Assembly: GCA_012295275.1 (NCBI GenBank)
Contig: CM022677.1
Coordinates: forward strand, 12,152,001 to 12,216,000
DNA: 64,000 bases
Reading direction: 5' to 3'
Source: Chrysomallon squamiferum
Taxonomy: Eukaryota > Animalia > Mollusca
A program made the translations under genes and the position numbers. Under the pieces are notes generated by a model. That model worked only from the letters and a program-made list of their open reading frames with translations, ran no database searches and had not been told where the DNA came from. This document shows, in pieces, positions 39,440-50,418 of this stretch. How positions within the stretch are numbered: position 1 is the stretch's first letter; each line of letters begins with the position of its first letter.

Positions 39440-39660
39440 TTCTTTCTTTAATTCCGCGGATTTCACCGACGTCCGCAGTAATCTAATACACGGGCTTCGC
39501 GGCTGAGACGAGGCGAGTTCAAGTCTGGTTCGGGAAGCGACAAGCGGGCGGTTGACAAGTTTGATGAACTTGGAGGTCAAGGGACAGACCTTGACACTGT
39601 GGCCTTTCTTTGACACGCAGTGATAGCGTCATTAGGTAGCGTAAGTTAAGTTGTATAGGC
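39440..39660 (+). mobile_element. GC-rich island, possible tRNA-derived SINE (copy at ~57810-58040)
   Basis: CpG-rich stretch with a B-box-like GAGTTCAAGTC, followed by a (TA)(TG) tail. No convincing cloverleaf. Confidence 0.35.
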
Positions 39661-39661
39661 C

Positions 39662-39715
<54 letters not shown>

Positions 39716-39887
39716 TGTGTGTATGTGTTAAATATACATAAATAAACTGCACTCCTTCTGATGTATTATTTATCTATTATTATACATACATCGCACAATT
39801 TATAACTGACCAGTCCTTGTCACACTGTTTTATTCCCCTAGACAATTAGCACTTTAAACACTTTATTATCAGTAACTATTATTATTA

Positions 39888-39970
<83 letters not shown>

Positions 39971-40868
39971 TTCTTTATTTTTTCTTTATTTGGCATGATT
40001 ACAGTGGTAAAGTTGTTCACTGTAGTGCCTCTTTTCCTTAATGTCATAAGAATGTTTTTATTTTATTTAATGGTTAATCCAAGTCTGACTGATGAACTTT
40101 ATACAGCTTAGATTAAAATAGAACCTACACTATGGCTAGAGTGCTGTAGTAATAATGTGACACAGCAAGTTAACCTAGATAAAGTACAACTCGTGTACCG
40201 GGAAGAAACATGTTTAGTCACAACATTCACAATGGCGCTGTTGAGATATTTACTTGTTTCTCTTACGATTATCAGCACAGATAGGTTTTTTTAAAGTTTT
40301 ACACTAGAAAAGTCGCCTGACATTTATGTAACACTAGCCTGTACGCTGAGACTCAACCTGTGTTATTTATTTCAAATAATTAGTGTTTGGTTCTTCATTG
40401 TAAAATAATTTTTGTGATATTAGAGAGACATATTCAAGTTTTCCGAATGTTTCATACTTTGGATAAAAACTTGTATGTTTTTTGTTAGTGTTATTTGTCA
40501 CGGACCGTTCTCTGTACGCCTACAGAACAGAGAAATAATAATCACTATTTCCTATTCTACGACTGTCAGTATTTAGTATTAATTTATAAAGTAATCTGAG
40601 GTGAGTATGTTCCAACAAGATAAATTAAGATTACTGCCTCCTGCTCGGAGCTTTGTTAAAACTGGTAACTCTATTGTCATGTAATATGACCATATATGGC
40701 AACTGCTACCTGGAGTTTATAGGAAACATTCTCAGAATATAGAGGTTATTCTCTGCCCTTTATAGTACAAGACTTTAGTTAACTGTTAATGAAGATGGTG
40801 ACACTTTTTGTGAGGTTTTTGTTTTGGTTTGTTATGATATTTCAATTTCGTATTGATTAAATATAATA

Positions 40869-41525
40869 CAGTGGTACCTTGACTTACGAGTTTAATTGGT
40901 TCCGTGACCGAGCTCGTATCTCAGTTTGCTCGTATATCCAATCAATTTTCCCAACTGAAATTAATTGAAATACCATTAATCCGTTCCAGACCTTCCAAAA
41001 CCACCCCTATGTTTTGTAACGTGTTTTTAAATAAGAAAAATGTATTTATAAATGACAAATTTTGTTTCAAACCAAAATAAAAGAGAGTGTAAACTGGATT
41101 TAACTTAGAGATCAGACAAATTATTTTAACGCCTTTGGCTGGAGTTACAACCTTTATCGACTCTTTTAGCTTCAGCATGGTGCATATCGTAGAAGTACTA
41201 CGCTCGTGCTGCCTAGCCAAGTCGACTACATGCACACCTCGCTCATGTCTCGCTTCTTCTTCTCAGCACCGTCCTTTTCATTCACTTTCTTAATAGCCAT
41301 GTTCAGAAAAAGAAATTTGGTATAATACTGCACAACACGCGAGCAGAACACAACAAAGATGCTTCCGCGCCGAGGTAACCATGTGAAGTGAGACGCTGGA
41401 TGCTGGCCGGATATTGTGTTGTTCGCTGCGCCTACTAGCGACGGCGTCTCTGAAACTCGCTCGTAACTCGGATTTTGGCTCGCAACTCAAAGCATCGAAT
41501 CGACCGGACGACTGCTCGTAAGTTA
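40869..41525 (-). mobile_element. Internally deleted Tigger/pogo element
   Basis: TA|CAGTGGTACCTTGACTTACGAG end, partial inverted ctcgtaagt at ~41515, and a psq-HTH fragment VVDLARQHERSTSTICTMLKLKESIK. Confidence 0.85.
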
Positions 41526-44044
41526 CTTCAGTATTTATGAAATTTAGTAAATACAATATTCTTTTCTCTCTCTCTACATTAATCTTTCCATAGTCAGTGG
41601 TTTCATACTGAAAAATGAACTAGATCTGATTTATAAGTGGTTAAGAAGCAATGACCAGAAAATAGGTTGACCGAATACACAACGCCTAAATCCTAAATAC
41701 GGAAGTCGTTATTTGATATCGATATTCTAAAGAATGAAGTTGTATTATTAATTATTCATTATCATTACAAATAAATCAAATGTTTAAAAAACATTTACGA
41801 TAATATCGGCTCGAAATACAGTTTCAACGGATCTGATGTAAATATGTCTGTCCATCCATAGTCTATCTGTATGTCTGTCTCTCTGTATTTATACCAGTTT
41901 CTTTGTTAATTTTTATATGTTAATATGTGAAGTGCATTAATTGTGAGATCTTCGGTACTGACAGATACGCGCAGTGTACACATCCGGCCTGACTCAGTAT
42001 CGTCGCAGGCTCAGTCTAAGAGTGAACAAACAAACTACACCCGCCTGACACCATTACATAGCATCACAAGTACCACAGACTGACCAGTTTAACAAACGTA
42101 TACACTTTTTATTGAAACTTCTGTCTTCTGGAACGTACTTGTAATGTGCTCGCTTTGGATATAAGATAATGTACAAGCAGAACATAATATATTCTTTTAT
42201 CAGGGATTATCTTAATTAAATATCTGCCTAAATTAGAAATGCTACAGCAAGAGAGAATAAAATGGCACAAAGAGCAGGACCTAAGATCATCAGTCAGCAA
42301 ATATGTGTGGTCACTACTTCGAAATGTCTGTCAGTGTGCCTTGTGATTAATGATTGAATTCATTTGAACAATGCACTTTCCAACGCTGATACCTGTAGAA
42401 TGATAACTCCTAATTAAATCATTATCAATCATGCTAACATTGCATAAAATGTTTGGTATTTGGCAAAAACTGTGTTACTGATGCAGTTGAAAAAAGGATG
42501 CTCTCAGCTTGTATCAACACAAAATTACTACAAAGCCTTAAGATTGGTCTATTTGGAGGGTGTCAGGTGTGTGTTTACTTAAGGTTTGTTTTCTGAACTT
42601 TTTAAAAGAGTATCTATGACAACAAATATTCAGGTCGCCATTAGCAGGTAAGATTACAATTTAGGTAGGACAGACATTAAGAATTAAAAAACAATAATCA
42701 GTAATAAATAAACAGCAACCATGTTACCATCAGTCAAAGTCCTTCAGTAGCAAACCCATCAAATACTTCTGTGAAAAAAAAAAAAAAAAATTAAGTTGCC
42801 ATGGTGCCTCTACTTTAAGGGAAATGTTTGCATTGATGCAATTACAACATTCGTCTTTAAAAAAAATTAAAATTCTCCCCTGTGTGTATGTAATTTTTTT
42901 CAATGCAGGCCTTATTACAAATGAAATGTCCACTATTTCACAGTTATATTATAAGAACTGAGGTGTCTTCCACCTGCAGAAAAGACTTCACTACTATATA
43001 ATAACATTTGGCATGTGTGTGGCAGTTTTAAGGATCCAAAAGTGGGTCTTGTTGGCATTAAAATGTAAATCAGTTACACTAGGACATTTCTTTGATCATT
43101 TAATATTAGTAGAAAGATGCTGAGGTATCTCCTCACCTTTTAATTTTGTAAAATATAAATACTACGGTTTACTCAACCAAACAAAATCCCAACCTTTCAG
43201 TTTCATTTGTATATCCAATATAAATGTATTTGCATACCAAAAGCATTAGAAAACCTTGATGAACTATTTCAGTAAAGTTTCTTAAATATTTCTGTGCAAC
43301 AGAATGTTTTCACAGGAAAGAGCACTCAACAAGTCATTTTTATTATTATAAAGTCATCAGAGGAACTAAGACTGTTCCTCGATGCTGAGGAAAAATGCGG
43401 CTGCTTTTTTTTTTTTTAAAGTTTTATCCCCTGAATATTTAAGATTTTCTAATTTATCCCTTTCATCATTTAGATCTTTTCACTAATTAATTTGGTAAAA
43501 CAACTTTTCATAGTACAAAGAGAAGGGAAGTTTTGAGTTCTCAAAGATTTAAATTTTAATCATGTGAATGGTCTAGCAGCAATGGATATTTACCAACTTG
43601 GGTTCACTTAACAATGTAAGTGTACTTTGCAGATATATGGAACAAAATTGAGATTTGTTTGAAATGGTAACAGCATGCAAATCGCAAATTAAGTATTAAT
43701 ATCATGGAATTATTCTACTGAAAACCTAGAAATTGTGATCACTGAAATCAGGATAAAAAGATCTACAGTTATAGTTAGGTTGTATTTCCAAAACAGAAAG
43801 TCACTTTGGAATTATCTACTACCGGTGCTTACACTACAAAATTAAATTTGGAATCCAGTGAATGTTAGAAAATGGAATCCATTTCTTTTATTTTAAATAA
43901 AATTGACATGTGACCTATGGAAATGGCAATACTCCCTTAGAAATAACTGTATTAGCACATTTTTTTTCTAATATTGAAATAATTTAGCAAAATGTAGAAA
44001 AATAACAACCAACTGAAAAAATTGTATTGTGTATATTTTTGCAG

Positions 44045-44350
44045 GTTTGATGACCTTAACAGGTGTTGCCAGTGGTGTGTTGAGTCAGATCTACACATTC
44101 CAGTGTTCTGTATCAGGCAGCATCACTTCACCTGTCAGCTTTCTAAGAAATGGAAATACTGTGTGTTTACTCCTGTCACACTGTGGTGAAGTCAGTGTTC
44201 TGCCTGGTTACCCTTGTACATGTGCTGGTCAGACTGGAACTTCTAAACTCCTCAATCTGACAATAAACAGTGTCAGTCTTGAAGATGAAGCTACCTGGAC
44301 ATGTACCTATGATACAAGTGCTAGCAACAGATTTGATTTACCAGTTTTGA
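44045..44350 (+). CDS. Gene B exon: Cys-rich V-like Ig domain
   Basis: tttgcag| ... TTG A|gtaagt, 306 nt, phase 1-1; same six Cys as gene A. Confidence 0.9.
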
Positions 44351-44951
44351 GTAAGTTATTTGTTTTTAATATGATAAAATAATACATTTTATTTATTTTA
44401 AATGTTATTCTTTGTTCTAGCTACCATTTATTGTGGGGTTCTTTTATTCCATTAAAGAATTATGTTTTATGTTACAGCAAGTTGGATATAAAATGAAAAT
44501 ATGTGAAACTGTAAAGTCAGCAAAGACAACATATTTTTTTTTAATTTTAATTTTTTATACAGCCTTTACAAAGAAGGAAAGAAAAAAAACTTACATCAAG
44601 GTATTAATTTATTATATATATATATATATAAATGTCAACAATGTTAATCATTATGTAACTTGAATTGATATATATATATATATAAATGATATATACAAGA
44701 TAGAGGCTAACATCACTGAAGTTGGTGAAGTAGTTCCAAAGATAGGCCATTTTCAAAAATGTATGGCATCTGATTACTATAGGATTTCATATTTGGTGAT
44801 CTACAACATAACAAAAAATAAAACAACAAAATATTTCTGTTCTAAGAATGGAACTTTAACCATTAGTTTACTTATTCTGTAAAATACATGAGTTGAAATA
44901 TGCAAAAAATCCAAGCACTTATTTACATCCTAATTAAATAAAATGAATACA

Positions 44952-45046
<95 letters not shown>

Positions 45047-47002
45047 GTTAATCATATTTGTCCACCTCTGTATATTTTGTGTTATGAACCATATCCAGTT
45101 TCTATTACACACATTTGTTTTAAAATGTCATGTTAAAAAAAGAATGATAGTTGTTAAATGTAACATATGGTGCTGGTGTTTGTGTCTCTTCATTCTGTAC
45201 CATGTTTAATGATGGTAACACTCACATTAATGTTTTCAGCAGATGTGCCATTTGATGAAACCACACCTACTGATAAAATTTAATGTTACTGTTATTTTCA
45301 AAATTTTACCTTCCTGTCAGTTATGTGGCCTAGCTCCTTCAATTTTACAATACTTTTTTTTTCTTTCAAATCTTTAATAACCCCTAGATCTTTTGGTTCA
45401 CTTATATTACAGCCTTTACAAAGAAGGAAAGAAAAAAAACCTCGTCTTTGTTGAAAGTTCACAGAAGAATCCTCAGTAGCTTGAATAAATGATGATATGT
45501 ATCCTATAAGTTATCCTTCAGTCTCTTTCACAAGTTTTCCTGAAGTGTGTAAATATGGGGGTATTCAGCTGATTTTATGGCATCATAAATATATACTAAT
45601 TCATGTCATTCCCCTAAAGTATAAAAAGTGTTTAATAATATATGTAGAGCCATTTTTCATTTATTCAAATTTGGAATTACCCAATTGCATTGCAATATAT
45701 TTTGCACTATCTGTAGACCAAGAATCTATATTCTAGCAATTTAGAGCAAGTTGTAACTGGCAGCTATGTAATAAATATGCAAATCACATTGTTATATATT
45801 TCAAACTGTTTTTGGCCTATAATACAGTTTAATGTTAGGTAGATGGCACTGAAAAAAAAGACAACCAGGAAAAGTTAGCTGAAAAAACAAATAATAAAAA
45901 AATAAAGCAACAAAGAAAAAGAATGACTGTGGAAATAAGGAAAAAAAGAACTGTGCCACATATATATATTATATGGGACATTATACACTTGAGACATATC
46001 TTATAGTAATAAAAGTTTTTAGTATCTGCTTTTAATAGATATTGCCAGGTATGATAATATTTGTATTTTGTGTGTAATACAAATATTTTTCATGGTGTAA
46101 TGAAAATGAAAAACAATACAATAAAATCATGTAAAATGTATTTAATAACTGATTTGTTAAAAAAAAAAATACAAAGAAAACAACAAAAAATTCATATTTT
46201 ACACACACAAAATTTACTTTAAATAAAATGGCACTTGTTTAAACAAGAGGCTGATCATTGTAAATTAGGAGATTTAAAAAAATATATATGTTCTGAATTT
46301 TACACTGGAAATGTCTTCAAGTGTTCATAAAAGAAATATGTTAAACTGAAGATCTAGAAAATGTGTATTCAAATTTAAATTATAATAAATAAACAAAAAA
46401 AGCAAAAACAATAATTACATAAAAATCATATCATGTATAGAAGGCAGCATCTGTACACTCAGAAATGTTTTAAATTTACAGAGGTAAAGGTTTCCTAGAA
46501 TAATTTTATATCCAAAGAAAAACATTATAACAATATATATAATCTAGTACAATTTTTACTAAATTGTCTTAAACACTTCTTAATGCCAACTTTCTTACTT
46601 TCTACAAAAGTAAAAATTTGCTTTTTTGTGACATATCAGCTTCATTGAAACAGGGATTTTTTTTATTTCATTATTATTTTTATATACATATTTTTTAATT
46701 CATCAATTGTTTAATTTTTATATATATATTTTTGATCTGATTGAAGACAAACCTATTTGAAATTATTAAAATGTGCAGTCATAAGCTGATAATAATATAG
46801 TTTTGCCATTGTAGCAGATACATTCAGCATTTTTACCAATTAATTAAAATAACTGTTTTAAGATCATTTAATAAGAAATATATCTTGTTTTCTGTTTATT
46901 AATATTTGCTATTTGAAACAAACTTAATAATTATCTGTGCTTTATGGTTTGATTACATCATAAGGAATAGGACAGTGAATTTTCTTTATCTTCATTTTCC
47001 AG

Positions 47003-47341
47003 CTCCAGTTAATTATACAATCACAGAAGTTTCTGGATCAAGGCCAAACTCATTTAACATCACCGAGGGAGACTCTGCTGTTTTTACCTGTGTTGTACAG
47101 GGAGCCAAACCAGCACCGACTGTTTCACAGATCTTGTGGTACGTAGACAGTAACAAGCTTCCTGTCAGCATCACTGGATCTCCAACTACTACTGACACAC
47201 TGACAACATCAAATGTGACATACACAGCCAGCAGAGAACATGATGGTCAGAAAGTTTTCTGTGCTGCTGAAAATAAGTTGATGATTGACCAAAGTATCCC
47301 TGCTGTCAGCTCAAGTAACAAAATTGAACTACATATACAAA
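47003..47341 (+). CDS. Gene B exon: C2-like Ig domain
   Basis: tttccag| ... CAA A|gtgatc, 339 nt; 8 aa differences from gene A. Confidence 0.9.
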
Positions 47342-47407
47342 GTGATCACCATTTTTTCTTTGTATTTTATTTCTCACCTTGTGTAAAATGTAAAAGTAGT
47401 TTCATAT

Positions 47408-47458
<51 letters not shown>

Positions 47459-48059
47459 ATCTTTATGTTTGTATATGTGTGTGTACATGCATGTATGGTT
47501 TTTAGTAACAAGTCTGAAAGTAACCAGCACCTAACAAATACTGTTTATTTGAAATGTATGATTTGTAACATTTTGATATTAACGATGATTTAGATTAATG
47601 TACAGAACTGATTCAGTGCTGTTAACTGTAAAATAGTGTGCATGTGCTTTAAGAATAAATCTCACTACAATGGAACAAATATCAGGAATATCTGAGTTTT
47701 CTTCACAGAATGATTTGTTGACCTATTCAGAAATTATTCAGTGAGATCTGGGTTTACGCCTTAAAACATGACCAGATCAATAATTATTCCCAGGCAGTAA
47801 GTTAATTTTGATACCAGAGTCTATTCTTACTGGCTTTGTTGCAGAGTTTTATTTGGCTTTGAATAACATGAACAAATTAAAATATGGCAAATTAGAAACA
47901 GTTTGATCAAATTTAGTGACAGGTCTGGTATATTTTCATTTGTGACAGCCATGACAGATCATTTTGATAGGGTGAAGAATTTTTTTTTTCCAGACTTTAA
48001 TTTTTTAAATAAAACTGCTAGTAGTGGATGGATCAGTGAATGACATTTTTCCTTCTTAG

Positions 48060-48359
48060 CAGAGAAAAGAAATTCAACTAGAAATGTTCACAACAACTCG
48101 AAACCTGGGATCAGGTTCTGGCTGTAATTTAGTTTGTATTATCCTCATTACAGTTTTCACTCTCACAGGTCTTTGTATAATCATAACATGCTGTCTGATA
48201 TCACTAAGAAACCAAAACACAAAGAAAAATGATAAAACTACAAATATTGAACTGAGCAGTAAAATGAACACTGAAAAGTCTCAAACTGAGGTTTCTGTTG
48301 ATATCAAAGCAGAAGAAAAGTGTAACATTCAAGAGAACATTGACAAAAAAGCTCAATAA
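48060..48359 (+). CDS. Gene B TM1 exon, frameshifted before the TM and 3'-truncated
   Basis: cttag|CA in phase 1 reads EKRNSTRNVHNNSKPGIRFWL* (TAA 48125-48127). The TM frame survives as ORF 48084-48359. Homology with gene A ends near 48350. Confidence 0.75.
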   Translation, partial: QRKEIQLEMFTTTRNLGSGSGCNLVCIILITVFTLTGLCIIITCCLISLRNQNTKKNDKTTNIELSSKMNTEKSQTEVSVDIKAEEKCNIQENIDKKAQ

Positions 48360-49472
48360 AATAGTTTAACTTTCAGGGAACTTCAAATATTTACAGCAGT
48401 TTCTTCTAATGAATATACATGTACAGGCCTATATATATGAGCATATATCTATATATCTAGCTATCTATCTATATATGAATGTATGTATGTATTCAGATTT
48501 ACAAAAATAATTTACACAGTTCTCTTAACTCACATTTAAATTGCAAATAACATGTTTCTCACAATACACTTCTTTGTAAATACAAAGAAACACCAATGAA
48601 TAAGAGTTAATGGTTTACTATGGCAGTTCTTTGAAGACTGTATGCAATTATATATTATGTAACGTAGCACTTTTGTTTTAGCTCAACAGTGAAAAACCAT
48701 GTTAAATATTGTGCAAGCATTAGGCTCTGGCTGCTTTTAGCTCCATTGGAAAGCTAATAAAATATGTAGCAAGATGGGAATAAAAGTAAAACCAACATAT
48801 TTTTTTTCCCCAAAAAATATATTTCAAGCATAAATTACAATATATTATAATCAGTCTAATTACCACTGTAACATTGTGTCATAGAGGTAACTGAATATAT
48901 ATTCGGCAGAACTTAGTTATAGTTGCAAATAGTGAAAAGCTGTGACCATTATAGTAGGTTCAGTTGATTATTTTCAGTGAAAAACATTTTCTGCTGGCGG
49001 TTATAAACCAGTGACTGTACAGAACAGCTCATTTAAAGAAGGAAAGGCTTTTGTGTGAATTTGTGGTGGGATTTTGAACAGGTGACTGTTAGACGAGTTT
49101 CGACTCTTGTCTGTGTGTATGTATGTACAGGTAGATAGCCAAACAGACAGACACAGATACACTTTGATAATTCAATACTGAAAAGTATCAATAAAATAGT
49201 TTAACTTTCAGGGAATTCAAATATTTACAGCAGCTTCTTCTAATGAATATACATGTACAGGCATATATATCTAGCTATCTATATATGTATGTATGTATGT
49301 ATTCAGATTTACAAACATAATTCACACAGTTCTCTTAATTCACATTTAAATTTCAAATATCATGTTTCCCACAATACACTCCTTTGTAAATACAAAGAAA
49401 CACCAATGAGTAAGAGTTAATGGTTCACTATGGCAGTTCTTTCAAGACTGTATGCAATTATATATTATGTAA
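48353..49472 (+). repeat. ~300-bp direct duplication (48353-48662 vs 49188-49472)
   Basis: Both copies start tcaataaaatagtttaactttcaggga and end gcaattatatattatgtaa. Confidence 0.85.
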
Positions 49473-49796
49473 AGAAGCCCTTCGCTTTACATAGGCAGAT
49501 GACCTATAGCAAGTTCATTTTATTCTGCTTAAAGAACAACTTACTATTCTCTGCTTTGAGTTTTCAGAGGCTAATTTCAATTAAATCAGTAGTCTAGGAC
49601 CGCAAAGAAACTTTGAGAAACAGGTTTTTACTGTTGTCAGCAACTGAATGTTTGAAAGTCATTAAGAACGAATATAAGAGCTTGGTACAAGACTTTCACT
49701 TCTGGAGATAGACGTGCTTGAAAGATATGAGTATATGTGTGCTGCCTGAAAATTTGGTAGTAATTAAAGGATTATTTATTTATTTATTTATTTTAG

Positions 49797-50266
49797 ATGA
49801 TACAAACGGAAGCGATTCCATATTTTCTTCAATGATTTATGTAATAATCACGTAAGTAATCTTGGAACTATTTTCTTTTTATTAGTTATTTTATTGTAAG
49901 ATTAATTGCATCAGCTTTCCTCTCAGAATATCTGCATGTATCATTTGTACCGCTCATGTATCGCTCAGTCTGTTTGTTTTGTGATTCTGTATATCTACTT
50001 TTCTGTCGGACCGTCTTCAAGTATTTTGTGTGTGTGTGTATATATATTATCTATATATACACATGTAAAGATGTGCCTGTATCAGTGTATGTAATGATGT
50101 CTATCTACATATATTGTCTTTTTGATGTCTGTGTGCCTTTCTTGTCTGTGTCTGTGTTTATCTATTTCCGTGTGTCTAATAATTCTTTGTTTATCATTTT
50201 TATTTCATCTTTATTTTATCTTTCTTCAGGTTTATCAACACTTTAGTCATCACTGGTTTGCTGTAG
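49797..50266 (+). CDS. GPI-anchor-signal exon pair (49797-49851 + 50230-50266)
   Basis: ttttag|AT ... AC|gtaagt and tttcttcag|G ... TAG, phases 1-2 then 2. Reads NDTNGSDSIFSSMIYVIITFINTLVITGLL*: small-residue omega site followed by a hydrophobic C-terminus. Confidence 0.7.
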
Positions 50267-50368
50267 ATCTACAGACTCCTCAGATATAGATAAACACGGA
50301 GATATGAGATGTATAAAATATTGACAACTATCTAAATTATATTCTTGTTTCTTTTTGGGGATTTTATC

Positions 50369-50418
<50 letters not shown>

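Noticed and set aside
39440-39560. tRNA gene
   Set aside because: Only a B-box-like motif with no credible cloverleaf; kept as a possible SINE.
40232-40306. Signal-peptide-like MALLRYLLVSLTIISTD
   Set aside because: The only nearby donor (AG|gttttt) is weak and phase 2, incompatible with the phase-1 V exon; 38377-38455 is the better leader.
42583-42647. Possible exon with strong donor CAG|gtaaga in gene B intron 1
   Set aside because: The ATG frame (MTTNIQVAIS) is non-hydrophobic and phase 2, the phase-1 frame has a stop, and the acceptor seen in B' (~61051) is deleted in B.
44930-45136. (ER)n, (SL)n, (CV)n, (HT)n and (YI)n ORFs here and elsewhere
   Set aside because: Dinucleotide microsatellite artefacts.
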